DNA from: Lama guanicoe
Taxonomy: Eukaryota
Direction: 5' to 3'
Length of the DNA stretch: 20,000 bases
NCBI GenBank assembly: GCA_013239625.1
Contig: MU054026.1
Location: 1,104,470-1,124,469 of the forward strand
Notes under the pieces: generated by a model
The model's input: only the letters and a program-made list of their open reading frames with translations
What the model was told of the DNA's origin: nothing
The model's database searches: none
Position numbers and translations under genes: made by a program
Shown here: positions 1 to 11,789 of the stretch, in pieces
Layout: each line of letters opens with the position of its first letter
Position numbering within the stretch: the first letter of the stretch is position 1

Positions 1-54
1 TTAAAAACCATAGTGAAGTGATAAATCACCTATAAGTGAAAAGTATTAATTGAC

Positions 55-330
55 AGAGAATTTATCATATAAATCCATGAAAGTCAGAAGGAAGTGGCAC
101 AAGCATTTTCAAGTACTGAGAGAAAAGAACTGTCAAATCTACAGCCTGTATCTGGTGAAATTACCCTTCAGTGGTGGAGAAGAAATGAAGACACTCTCAT
201 ATGAAGGGAAACTAAGAGAATGTGTTGCTAGCAGATCTACCTTTAAAGAATGGTTAAAAGAAACTCTATAAACAGAAATAAAATGATCACAGAAGAATGC
301 GATCTTTAGAAGCAAAGAAATTGAGAATGA
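55..330 (+). mobile_element. Ancient L1 (L1MC/L1MD-like) fragment covering the ORF1 C-terminal region
   Basis: ORF 50..271 (RRKWHKHFQVLREKNCQ..LYLVKLPF..GEEMKTLSYEGKLRECVASRSTFKEWLKETL) resembles the L1 ORF1p C-terminus (RRQW..IFKVLKEKNCQPRILYPAKLSF..EGEIKTF..KLREF..RP.L.E.LK.VL); degraded. Confidence 0.85.
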
Positions 331-344
331 GTTAAAATAGCAGT

Positions 345-424
345 GAACATAATAAATATATAAACACAATATATACATAATAATATATACATGATAAAAA
401 CATAATACATAATACCTATAATTA
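345..424. repeat. AT-rich low-complexity tract (ATAC/ATAAT-like)
   Basis: Nearly G-free run of TAAATATA/TACATAATA motifs. Confidence 0.6.
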
Positions 425-1052
425 TTTGTAGGCGTTTTGATGATGGCCATTCTGACCAGTGTGACAATTCTGACCAAATGTAATTTGCATTTCTCGGTTA
501 GTGACGTTGAACATATTTTCATGTGACTGTTGGCCATCTGTATGTCTTCTTTGGAAGAATGCCTATTTAGGGTTTCTGTCTATTTTTTGATTGGGTTGTT
601 TGTCTTCATCTTGATACTGAGTTGTACCAGCTCTCTGCATATTTTGGATATTAACCCCTTGTCAGTCACATCATTTGCATATGTTTTCTCCCATTCTCTA
701 CATTGTCTTTTTATTTTATTACTGGTTTCCTTTGCTGTGCAAAAGCTTTTCAACTTGTTGATTTGATTAGATCCAGTGGTTTATTTTTGCTTTTATTTCC
801 TTTGCCTTGGGAGACTGATCCAAGAAAATATTTGCTCCTATTTGTTAGATAATATTTTGCCTGTGTTCTCTCCTAGGAGTTTTATGTCATCATGTCTGAC
901 ATTTAGGCTTTGAACCAGTTTGAGTTTATTTTCGTATATAGTATAAGGGATTGTTCTAATTTCATCCTTTTTTCATACAGCTGTCTGGCTTTTCCAACAT
1001 CACTGGTTGAAAGGACTGTATTTTCTCCATTGTATATTCTTGCCTCCTCTTT
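425..1052 (-). mobile_element. L1 ORF2 3' fragment, antisense, nested within the older L1
   Basis: Typical antisense L1 ORF2 text (gatggccattctgacc, ttgcatttctc, ttggccatctgtatgtcttctttgga, tttgctgtgcaaaagcttt); the minus ORF begins MANSHMKICSTSL, matching L1 ORF2 MANKHMKRCSTSL. Confidence 0.9.
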
Positions 1053-1054
1053 GA

Positions 1055-2690
1055 AAACATGCAGAAACTTATTACAGCATGCATACTTAAAGGGGAGACA
1101 CTAAAATGGCCCAACCAATTTTGAAAAAGAATAAAAAAATGAAATTCGTGATATTAAACCTACTATACAGATGTAGCAAACAAATCAGTTTTGTACTGGC
1201 AAGAGATGGATACAAAGATCAATGGAACAGAATAGAGAACCCAGACATATATTCATGCAAATATAACCAATTATTTTTAACAATACACAATCATTTTAAT
1301 AGAGAGAGAATAACCTTTTCTAGTAAATGATGCTAGTACATCCATCATCAAAAAAGAGAGCACTTTATACAAAAATTAATTCAAAATGGATGATTCTCTT
1401 AAATGTAAAGCATAAAACATTATTTTTTTCTAGAAGAGAACACAGCAGAAAATCTTTACAACCTAGGAATAAGCGATGTTCTTCATTTTGATACCAAATT
1501 CATGATCCATAAGAGGAAAAATCCGTAAACTGAACCTCAACAAATTAAAAAAAAATTTCTCTACAAAATATCCTATTAAAGGAAATAAAAGGCAAATTAT
1601 AGACTGGGGGAAGATATTTGCAAATCGCATATATGACAAAGGGCTTGACTCTAGAATATACAAGAACTCTCAAAACTCAATAGTAAAATAATAATCATCC
1701 ATCTATAAAATGATCAAAGGACATACACAGATATTTCACTGAAGAGGCTATAGAGTTGGCCAATAAATGCATGAGAAGATGTTCAGTATCATTAGTTATT
1801 GGAGAAATGCAAATTAAAACCATAATGAGATATACACCTAACAGAATGTGTTAAATAAGAATTTGTGATAACATCTACTGTTGACAGGGATGAGAATGTG
1901 AATGAGTACAGGCTGCCTGGTTAATACTTGGAGCATTTCCTTTCAAAACTAAAAATGGACTTCTCATAAGATCCAGCAATTTCACTCTTGGCCATCTTTC
2001 TCAATGAATTATAGACTCGAGCTCACATAGAAACTGGTATGTGAAGGTTCACAGCAGCTTTATTTATAATAACTGAAAACTGGAAATTGCCCATATGTCT
2101 TTAAAAGGTGAATGGATAAACAAACTTCAGTACCATCCAAACGGAATACTATTCAGGAATAAAAAGAAGCACATTACTGATGAATATAAAAAGTTAGATT
2201 TGCCTCGGGATATAATGTTGAATGAAGAAAGCCAATCTCAAAAGGATACATACTAGATGATTTCATGTATGTAACAATCAAAAAATAAAATAATTGTAAG
2301 GATGGAGAATGGACTACAGACTGGTGGTTGCTAGGGGTTAGGGATTGGGGTAAGAAGGGGATGGATGTGGCTATAAGGGGCAACATGAGGGAGTCTTAGG
2401 GCAATGGTACAGTTGAGTATCTTGACTGTGGTGTTGTACGCAATATGTAATAGAATTTGCTTATAATTATACTCACACGCATGAATATGTGTGTAACTGG
2501 TGAAGTTTAATAAGCTCTATGGGTTGAACCAAAATCAATTTTTTTGTTTTTTGATATTATTCCATGGTTGTGTAATTTATTAATACTGGAGCATTAAGAG
2601 AAGGGTGCATGGGGCTTTCTACACATTAGTTTGCAACCTCATGTGTCTTTATAATTATTTCATATTATGAAATATGACTGTTTAAAAAGA
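1055..2690 (+). mobile_element. Ancient L1 (L1MC/L1MD-like) ORF2 3' end plus 3' UTR
   Basis: Degraded ORF2 motifs (DQWNRIENP; gatccagcaatttcactctt; gaatggataaacaaac) followed by an L1MC/MD-type 3' UTR (gtggttgctaggggttaggga...gtggctataaggggcaacatgaggga). Confidence 0.88.
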
Positions 2691-2869
2691 AGATGGATTA
2701 TGTAACTTTCTAAACATGCAGCTGAATGAGTTTCCAATGTGCAAATACCAAGTTTTCCTCTTTCAGAGTATTTGTAATTCAATCTATAAATATCGTTCTT
2801 TTGGACTTACGAGATTGACCTGGCCTCTAAGATACTTACACCTATACGTGTAACTGTGTGTGCCTGCAC

Positions 2870-2895
2870 GCACACACACACACACACACACACAC
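2870..2895. repeat. (CA)n microsatellite
   Basis: Direct reading of about 12 CA units. Confidence 0.95.
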
Positions 2896-3230
2896 CAGAT
2901 TGATTGGGTATAGTCAGAAGCCTGATTGAGAATTGAGGAAAATTCTCACAAATGTCAAAGTTTGGGCAGACCAGGATACCTAGGAAAGGATGTGGAGAGC
3001 TGAAATTTTAGACAGAATAATAGAATTTTTTAAAATTTTACTCAGTATTTATTTCTTCTGGGGCAGCTCTTCTAATGATTGGTTTGAAAAATCATAAGAA
3101 CAACTTTGTACTCTTGGATTTCATTCCAAGGAACTAGTGTGATCTCCCCATAAAGCTTTTCTTTCCTCTTTTCCTTAAAAAGAAACAAGCTTATTTCTTT
3201 AAGCTTTCATAGACTTGTCAGTTTTACAGA

Positions 3231-3754
3231 TGTGGCCAACTGAGGTGGGAAGCCCCCTGAAAGAGATGGGCAGGATCCCCAGGCAGGACCACTACTGCCA
3301 GCACCATCTGTTTCCCTGGCCTGGGGCATTATCTTGCTTTTTGCCTCTGACTAGGCTTCTAGGAAAGTGGAACTTACCCTAAGATTCTATTTGTTCCCTG
3401 AGCTACCTCTTGATTGGTCCATTTGTTGTGCCTCATTTGCATGGAGCTCACTCTTCGTTGGTCCATTTCTATCACTCCTGATTGGTCCATTTCTACAAAG
3501 CTCGTTCCTAATTAGTCAACTTTTGTTACACCTTATTTGCATATGATGTTGCAAAGTCTAGACTGGCAGCCTATAAAAGCCAGTGTGAACCTACAGACGG
3601 GGTCCAGAGCTTGGAGTGTTAACTCCTCTGGGCCCACCAGTGCAATAAACCTAAGTTCTCCAACTTTCTGAGTGCTGCTTGGTCTCTGGCCCAGATCCAG
3701 GTTGCTGTCACAACTGAGCTGTAACACTGAGCTTTAACACACTTTGCTACAACA
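3231..3754 (+). mobile_element. Solo ERV LTR
   Basis: TG...CA termini; repeated ATTGG (reverse CCAAT) boxes; TATAAAAG at 3572-3579; AATAAA at 3644-3649; higher GC than flanks. TSD not clean. Confidence 0.85.
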
Positions 3755-4204
3755 CAATGATCCATGAAAAACCACACAATTCAGTGTAATACCATTTAAA
3801 CAAGAAAGGGAAGCAAGCAGTTACGATGTCAGTTCAAACTGAGCAGATACAACCTTTGCTACAATGAGATATGAAGCTGACTAATAAAAAGCCATTTAGT
3901 GGTGGGTGGACACTATATACTGTGCAATTTAGGTTTTTATAACACATTGTGTTGACCACTGGATATAATCTACTTATGGTGTTTTATCATTGTTGTTTTT
4001 ATATAAGCATTAATTTTTATTTAAAAATTTTTTTATTTTAAACATATGCCTGCATATGTGGGGTTTTGTGTGTGTGTGTTTTCTTTTAAGTCTTAAATAT
4101 TTTGATCAAGACCTTTGGAATTCTCGCAGGGTCTATGCTTTCTTATGGGGCCTAATGGATAAAATTACCCTTTATGCCCCTTCATCTATGTTCTAGCCCA
4201 GTGC

Positions 4205-4390
4205 CCAGTGATAACCGACCTTTAACATGCATCAGACCACCTATAGAGTTTGTTAAAATGGATTATTGTGCCTACCCCCAGATTTTCTGATTTATTAGGA
4301 CTATGTGTGGGGCCTGAGAATTTGTTTTTAACAAAGGTTCCAGGTGGTATTGATTCTTCTAGTTTGGGAACCACACTTGAGAACTGTAGG
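4205..4390. mobile_element. MER5A-like hAT-Charlie DNA transposon relic
   Basis: gcatcagaccacct...cccccagattttctgatt...ggggcctgagaatttgtttttaacaa...ccaggtg...ggaaccacacttgagaac matches the MER5A layout. Confidence 0.85.
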
Positions 4391-4824
4391 TCTCATCTAC
4401 AATGAGTTTGTTAGTACAGGGAAAATTTAACTTAGCTTTTCTGGAATGATCAATTTTTTTAATGTCTATCTCCAGATTACTCAGTTCTACTTAATGAATG
4501 AACTCATGCAAGAAAGCAATCGTTTCTACAGAACTCTGTTTGTCTGAATTCAGTTACTTTAAAATTGCAAGTTTATGTTTCACAGCTGAAAATTAGAAAA
4601 ATAATTTCAAGATTGATTTTGCAAAATGTGTGTATTGATGTTCTGTATACTGTGGTCATTAGAAAGCTCCCTGGCTCTTCCCCCCAGGATTTAATTATGC
4701 TTCCTTTCCATGCAATTCTTACACTTTTGGTTTGTTAGTTTTCTAACTTGGGAAACAGTGGATTAGAATATAATAATAACCAAAGACTATTGCAGCCACC
4801 CGGGTGAGGGATGAGGATGGCAGT

Positions 4825-4965
4825 GCCTAACGTTTACTGAGTTCCTACTTGGTGCCAAGCACTACCTATGCTAGATCATCTACTGACGTCTCGTCTGCCC
4901 CACCTGATAAGCTATGAGAGAGGCATCATTATCCCCATTCTACAGCAGCAGACACTGAGACACAT
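4825..4965 (-). mobile_element. MIR SINE relic
   Basis: tttactgagttcctacttggtgccaagcact...attatccccattctacagcagcagacactgagacaca is the antisense MIR core. Confidence 0.8.
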
Positions 4966-4984
4966 CTTTGGAGTGCATGACAGT

Positions 4985-5322
4985 CATTAGGGATCAACAC
5001 TCTTGAAAGTAAGAAGGAAGCAGATTAGGAAGAGGGAAATGTTGAACCAGAATGCAAGCCTGACAGAGTTTTTGGCAAACCAGCAAGGGGATCTGGAGCA
5101 AGATTTGCTTTGTATTGTCCCCCAAAGGATTTGGACATTTATGCCCACACCACACTGAAAATGGATTTCCTCTGGTAAGGGTATGACCTCCGGTGTCGCT
5201 GAGGTTGATCCTGAAGTATTTAATGGCCAGAAGGGGTTTACCAATTGTTATCTCCTACCTTTGTGCTAGGCAGGAAGTCCTTCTTTGAAGGAGAACTTGG
5301 GTATCCATCTTGTGTCTGCCAC
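4985..5322 (-). mobile_element. Ancient ERVL-class LTR relic (LTR33/LTR16-like)
   Basis: tagggatcaacactcttgaaag...gaagcagattaggaagagggaaatgttgaac...ggatctggagc resembles old ERVL LTRs; family uncertain. Confidence 0.55.
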
Positions 5323-5445
5323 TGATTATTTTCAAAGCCAAAATAATGGTCTCAGTAAAGATTCAAACTCAAACATCATTTATATGATATATGCTGTTTC
5401 TTTCTAAAATATATTTGCTAAATATATTTCTTAACCGAATCTTAG

Positions 5446-6021
5446 TGAGGAAGAAAAGTTAAGCAAAGATAAAACACCAGTTGCTTGCACATGTCAGGCT
5501 TCTGTAATCTTTCTTGCTGTACCAGCCAGTAACAGCCGTTGAGAAACTTACTGCCCTTAGCCCAGGAGGTCCCAAATACCAGGAAACCTAACGTATAAAA
5601 GACAATCAGACGCCGAGCCCGGGGCTCAGCTCTTGGAGGAGACTCTGCTGAGCCAGCACCGGTGCAGAATAAACCAGTTTTTTCTGATCCTCAGAGTGCC
5701 TGCCATCTGTCTCCTCCCACAGGCTGAATTCTCCCACTGCATTTGGAGTCCGTAAAGGACGCCCAACTGCATTGTGGGATAATGCAATGATGACCCCGGT
5801 GCCCCGGAAGGATGTAGTAGAGCTGGTCCCTACAAGAAAGGTCTCCAGACCTCCCTGTAACGTTGTCACCTGTCAGCCTGTCAGTGTGCTGCTTGAGTCT
5901 GGAATCTGTGAATGTTGAGCTGTTGCTTTCACTGGTTACCGTCATTCCTCACCCCGGTAACTGAGTCTCCTGACTCATCTTCCTGTTTTCATTCTTGCCC
6001 TACCCCGATTCCTAGCCAGGC
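5446..6021 (+). mobile_element. ERV LTR, plus either an extended U5 or the start of an internal leader
   Basis: TG start at 5446; TATAAAA at about 5594; R-region hairpin; AATAAA at 5668-5673; candidate CA end at 5741 followed by TTTGGAG (PBS-like); GC-rich and CpG-retaining to about 6021. Confidence 0.7.
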
Positions 6022-6164
6022 ACTGAAAAATGTATTCACGACACAAATCTGCTCAGATGTTTTTAATAATTTCTCTGCACATGCATGTTTGTATGGATGT
6101 ATTTATGGATGTGTATGTAGTTTTATTCACAGCACTATTTTTGCAGTGTGCAACCAGTCCACAC

Positions 6165-6328
6165 TCACACTCAAATTGTTCACTATATGCCTCCTCCACT
6201 ATGATTTCCGATTCTTACAGAGTTTTTACCTGTGATGTTTACTCCTGGACAACCAGATTCTAAAAGAGTAGTTCTCAACCATTGAACAGTTATTAAATAT
6301 TTGGTAAATATGTAAATTGAATGAAAAG
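6165..6328 (+). mobile_element. L2 3' end relic
   Basis: Ends in taaatatttggtaaat...tgaatgaa, the typical L2 tail; highly degraded. Confidence 0.5.
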
Positions 6329-6340
6329 ACAATGATAGCC

Positions 6341-6403
6341 AATAAAATAAAATAAAATAAAATAAAATAAAATAAAATAAAATAAAATAAAATAAAAATA
6401 AAA
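6341..6403. repeat. (TAAAA)n pentanucleotide microsatellite
   Basis: Direct reading of about 12 units. Confidence 0.95.
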
Positions 6404-6514
6404 GTCAGAAAAATGATTTGTGTTCAGATTCCAGTAACAAAACCTAATAGTTTGGATAAATTACAAAAAACTCTAAGATTTCTTTTGTTCATATTCCATC
6501 TTAATTGAAGTTAA

Positions 6515-6963
6515 TACATATGATTTTTTGATCTTACAAAGGTGCAAAATCTACATGCATTCAGTAGAAACCTTACTTTGAATTTTAACCTTTTTCTGGG
6601 CTAATTGTATGCAGCACAATGCTCTTTCATGGTGCGGGGCAGCCAGCAGTGACCTGCAGCTCCCAGTCAGTTATGTGGGTAAACACAACCATTCTGTACC
6701 CACAAAAACTTCTGTTTTTCACTTTCAGTACAGCATTTAATAAATTGCAGGAGATATTCAACACTTAATTATCAAATAGGCTTTTTTAGGTGGTTTTGCC
6801 CAGCTCTTGGCTAATGAAATGGTTTCAGCACATTTCAGGTACACTAGGCTAGGCTATAATGTTTGATAGGTCAGATGTATTAAACACATTTTCAGCTTAA
6901 CCATATTTTCCACCTTTAATGAGTTTATCGGTCATAACACCAGTATAAGTGGAGGAATATCTG
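6515..6963 (-). mobile_element. MER47/Tigger5-like TcMar DNA transposon relic
   Basis: cattcagtagaaacc, ttctgtttttcactttcagtacag, taggctaggctataatgtttgataggt, and terminus taagtggaggaatatctg followed by TA (TcMar target dinucleotide). Confidence 0.8.
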
Positions 6964-7099
6964 TACATATTTACAGTTTGTGTTTGGCAAAGAGTTTCTT
7001 TAAGACAGGCTCTGCTTATGAGATTATTCTGAGGATATGTGATGTGTGTACAAGCTGGTCTTCTCAGCTCCCTCTGAACACGCCATTGCTTGCGCACAC

Positions 7100-7465
7100 T
7101 CACAGCTCCACAATTCAGTTCCTACTCTGTAGGTTATACTTGCTGGCCCTTTCTAAAACAACTGTAACCATTCACCTGATCCTTCTTACTTGGGCAGTTC
7201 CACACCCAGCATCTTCCTTCCTAAAAAATAGTTCCCACATAGATCTTCCCCAGTTTCCAATAAGGATTGCACTTATGCACAAAACCACATTTTTCAACAT
7301 TTGGTTTTGTTGTTTAATATGTTTTCCTGCCTACCTTATATGCATAGCTCCTTTCTGAAGAGAAAGGAAGATTCTTAAGGACAAAGACTAGATGACTCAT
7401 TTCTTTACTACGGCCCAAAGCGACCATCACTCTGGAAAGATAAGTAGATGCTTCATGTAGCTCTA
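7100..7465 (+). mobile_element. L2 3' relic
   Basis: Pyrimidine-rich degraded text ending aagattcttaaggacaaagact...aagtagatgcttca, like the L2 3' end. Confidence 0.5.
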
Positions 7466-7486
7466 AATAGAAGTTATTTTTCTTAA

Positions 7487-7687
7487 ACAACAAGTTCATA
7501 CTGTACAGCACAGGGAACTATATTCAATATATTGTAGTAACTCATAGTGAAAAAAGAATATGAAAACAAATATATGTATATTCATATATGACTGAAGCAT
7601 TGTGCTGTACACCAGAAATTGACACAACACTGTAAACTTCAGTAAAATATATAGATGAAAAACAAAATAAAATAAAAGTTAAAAAAA
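7487..7687 (+). mobile_element. Short 5'-truncated young L1 (3' UTR plus A-rich tail) with degenerate TSD
   Basis: Matches 8945-9110 and 14430-14600; A-rich tail; flanks aagttatttttcttaa and aagtatttgtcttaa. Confidence 0.9.
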
Positions 7688-8420
7688 GTATTTGTCTTAA
7701 CACAGCAGTCCCTGAGTCCCACAGACTTCAATACACCCTTCTCAGTAAAAGAATGGAGCTATTTTTATCAGCTATCTCACTGATGAATAAACAAAGAGTA
7801 CTTCATGGTTCCAAGGCAACATTCAGGCTGTGGAAAGCAGAGTTTCAAGGTCTCAAGCTGAGTGAAGCTACAATTAGACCATCCGCACTGAAGGATTTAT
7901 TATGGTGTCTCTTCAAGACAAAACAGTGTGTGGTCTGTGATTCACGTAAAACTCTTCTAATCCAGCTCCCAAATCTCTGGAACTCATCTCATTCATAGCA
8001 CCATTTTCACTCTGCACAATTGGTTAGGTTTTCCCAAAAACAAAACACAGAAATTATCTCCTTTCACATCCTAGTGTGACAGCAGGAGACATGCTACACT
8101 GGGGCAAAGACCAAAGCTCAGAAACTTAATGCCTGGGAATTTTAAGAAGGCTTTAGAGTGGTCTAGATGGACTCTGGACAAAATACGTCAACTGATTGGA
8201 AAACAGTGCTATTCACTAGTTTTGAAACTCGTTTCCTTATTCTAATTTTTCCTCACACTTTTCTGCCCAATTTCAGGTCCTGGAGCTCCTCACTCCACAT
8301 CCAAAGAGTCATCATTCTGATTTTTCTGGCCAATAAAATGCAATTGCTTATGTTCCATTCTCTAAGGAGTGTGTTAAGATCCTGAAGCTGATATAAAAAA
8401 CTAATACATAAAAAATAATA

Positions 8421-9133
8421 TTTGGTGTAGCCATTGTGGAAAACAGTATGGAGAGTCCTCAAAAGACTAAAAATAGACTTACCATATGATCCAGCAATCC
8501 CACTCCTGGGCATAAATCTAGAAGGAATTCTATCAAAAAGACACCTGCACCCCAATGTTCATAGCAGCACTATTTACAGTAGCCAAGACATGGAAACAAC
8601 CTAAATGTCCATTGACAGATGACTGGATAAAGAAGTAGTGGTATATTTATACAACAGAATACTATTCAGCCATAAAAATGACAACATAATGCCATTTGCA
8701 TCAACATGGATGTCCGTGGAGAATGTCATTCTAAGGGAAGTAAGCCAGAAAGAGAAAGAAAAGTATCATATGATATTGCTAATATGTGGAATCTAAAAAA
8801 AAAAAGACAAATGAACTTAAATATAAAATAGAAACACACTCACAGACACAAAATACAAACTTGCGGTTTCAGGGTGGAGGTGGGTGGGAAGGGACAGACT
8901 GGGAGTTCAAGATTTGTAGATGCTGATGGTATATACAGAATAGATAGACACGTTTATACTGTACAGCACAGGGAAATATATACAAGATCTTGTAGTAGCT
9001 CACAGTGAAAAAGAATATGAAAATGAATATATGTATATTCATGTATGACTGAAAAATTGTTCTGTACACCAGAAATTGATACCACATTGTAAACTGACTG
9101 TAACTCAATGAAAACAAGTATAATTTAAAAAAA
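8421..9133 (+). mobile_element. 5'-truncated young L1 (ORF2 C-terminus plus 3' UTR)
   Basis: ccatatgatccagcaatcccactcctggg ([10 protein letters not shown]); G-rich 3' UTR tract at about 8871-8893; flanking aaaaaataata on both sides as a candidate TSD. Confidence 0.95.
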
Positions 9134-9179
9134 TAATAATAATGGTTTGCACATCAGCAGTCTAACACAGTGAGATCTC

Positions 9180-9385
9180 AGATCAGAACATGGGGTATTG
9201 TCTCTGAAGTCTAACTAGTTGTGTGACCTTGAGCAAGATGCTCAATATATTAAAGCTTCAGTGAATTTCTAGGCGAATAGGTAACATAAAGCAGCCTATT
9301 CATGGGCTTGTGGTAAAAGGAATAAATATAATTGTGTGTGTTAAGTACCTGGCACAAAGCCATGCAAATACTAAATACATCATGT
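9180..9385 (+). mobile_element. MIR relic
   Basis: actagttgtgtgaccttgagcaag...cttcagt...gtacctggcaca core. Confidence 0.75.
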
Positions 9386-11489
9386 GCATCATCAGTGTCA
9401 AAATGAATATTGTTCCCAGATAACATACTTGACTTTAAACAGAACCTTTCAATATCAATATTTTAGGTCAAAGAGGTGAATAATGATAAAAACATCCAGC
9501 ACTAAAATTTGTTTATATTTCTTGGAAAAGAACTTGGGGTTCACCAAAATGCTTTAAGAATACAGGCATCTACTCTACCAAACACGATAAGGAACAATTT
9601 TCATCAGCAGCGCTATTTCCTCTCCGCCTCTTTAAAGGCAGACAGGAGGGTGAAAAGTTGTTTCAGCAAGAATTCTACTTCTCTGCCTCCCAGCCCTAAA
9701 CAAAAGCCCCAGAATGATTTCATTCAGGCTCCTTGAGTTTATTACTCTAGGAATATTCACAGAATTCCTTTGAGATATAGATGACTCAGATGTCAGCTTC
9801 TTGGGTTTTGTTTTAGATAAAGAAACAGTGACCTAACTTTTAAATACTGATGTAACAGAAGTAGATGTAATCTGGATTTTAGTCCTAATCTTGACACTAA
9901 AAACAATAGTGTTAAGTCAATTTCTATCAATGTATTCACTTCTCAAGTATATTTATTTCACAAATATCTTCATTCTTCAAATACTTGTCTTTAAACTCCA
10001 CAGGGCAGTTACAGGATTAAAATAAAGTGTGAATTAAAAGGATTTGGAAAAGGAAAAACCACACTACAATTACTGAAATAATTATTTCCATCACCAACAA
10101 CACAGACAGAAGACAAATTTGCATATCAACACTTCATTATTGGAGAGGTTGGTAATGAGCATTTTTTAAAAAGATTGTAATTTGAGTTTTCATGTTTTTT
10201 GCACTTGCTCTGACTATCTTGTTTACTTGCTTTTATCTAAAAGGCAGCGTTTGTCAAATCTAAATTACTCAGCGTAATGTCTTTTTTGGGGATTTGTTTC
10301 AGTGACATTTGTAATGTTGGAATTCATGATCACTGCTAATGTGAAATTATCCAGGCAGAGACAGGGGTCCTGTTTGCATCCCTTTGTGAGAAGCAGAGGA
10401 CCACCTTTGAGCCTAAGAAAGTGGACGCAGGGCCAGGATGGTGAGAGGAAAGCAAATGCCAGTCAGCTCAGAACCATGGAGAACGATCATTCTAGAGAGA
10501 ATCTGATTAACTTTGCCTGAACAAGTTTCCCTAATGTTCTCAAATTCACACGCCTTCTCAGAGTCACTTATAGCTCTCTTGACTGGCATCCAAATAAATG
10601 TTTATATTTTCTAGGAATTCTGAGAAGTACAACAAAGGGGGTCCTGTGATCACTGATGGTCACACCCATCTCAGATGCTCTCTTATGCTGCTTTCCAGAG
10701 GTCCTAAAAAAGGGTAAAGCATCTCCATGTTTCAGAGAAGTATTTGAAGGGTTCACCACTAGAACTAAACCTCTCTTCTTCCTTTCTATCCAATATCTGA
10801 GAATAGACTCATTCTTAGCTGGTGAGGGGATCTTGAATTCCTAATCCGTAATAATGCAACCATATCAAACGAAACATAGTTTTGGAGAAAGGAAACTAAC
10901 AAAGTAAGGCAGCAGCACATGTGCAAAGGAGACAAATAGAACAACTCCTGCAATGCAGTCAGCTGCCCTTTAGGATGCTTTTATCTCAAGTATCTCAAGT
11001 GAAACACACAAAAATGCATTGCACTAAATCATAGGAATATGTTTCTGTCTTAAGCGTAAATGTATATGAGATCATTTCACTTTTAGAAAACTTAAGTTGC
11101 ATTAGATACAAAAATCAAAATATATAGAACACTTAAAATAGGAGAAAACTATTTGTATTAGGGATGATTCTTAACTTAGCAAAAAGTTTTATTAGCAGGC
11201 TGCTTTGGGCAGTCTAAAATATATTCCATTAGCTGGAATAACAAATTATTAAAATCCAGTTCAAATATAAGGTCAATGCACATGAAGATACAGCATCTCA
11301 AGTTATAAGCTACTTGACTTAGAGAATTTGATTTTGAAAAAACTGATTTAAATGCAACTTCTCAGTAATGCAACTTTGTACAAAGTGAGTAATGACAACG
11401 GGATTTCAAGATGATTTGCCTGGTCCCTGAATTAAGTTTTTGTCTTCTAGTGTCTCCAGGAGGATGAAGGACAACTGAAATATCATTAC

Positions 11490-11549
11490 CTTGCAGAGAC
11501 AGTGCAGAGACAAGGTCATCATAGTTTGCCCATCAGTTCCTGAGAGCGT
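11490..11549 (-). other. Candidate 60-nt internal exon
   Basis: On the minus strand: acceptor TTTACTCTCTTCTGGGCAG and donor AAG|GTAATG, in sequence I do not recognise as a repeat. No transcript evidence. Confidence 0.3.
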
Positions 11550-11789
11550 CTGCCCAGAAGAGAGTAAATGACCAACATAAAATCTGGTAATGGACCACAG
11601 TTTAAACCAGGCATGCTTTCTGCATGATCAATTTTGTTTACTTGGAGAAATTGTGAGACTGAGGATTGCAGTAATACAGCAGGGGCAGCTTGAAGCAGAT
11701 TGATGGCACATAGGAGTCATTTCCTACTGTACTTGAAAAACAGTGGTTTTTTTTCTGATTCTGGAAAGTGGGAAGGGTCCTGTTTTGAC

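Noticed and set aside
6330..6420. (TAAAA)n as a tail-only insertion
   Set aside because: No convincing flanking direct repeat, unlike the GAAA tract at 16075.
8253..8555. Paralogous gene pair (MGCRCLFDR... ORFs here and at 18231-18473)
   Set aside because: These are antisense frames of two copies of the same L1 family.
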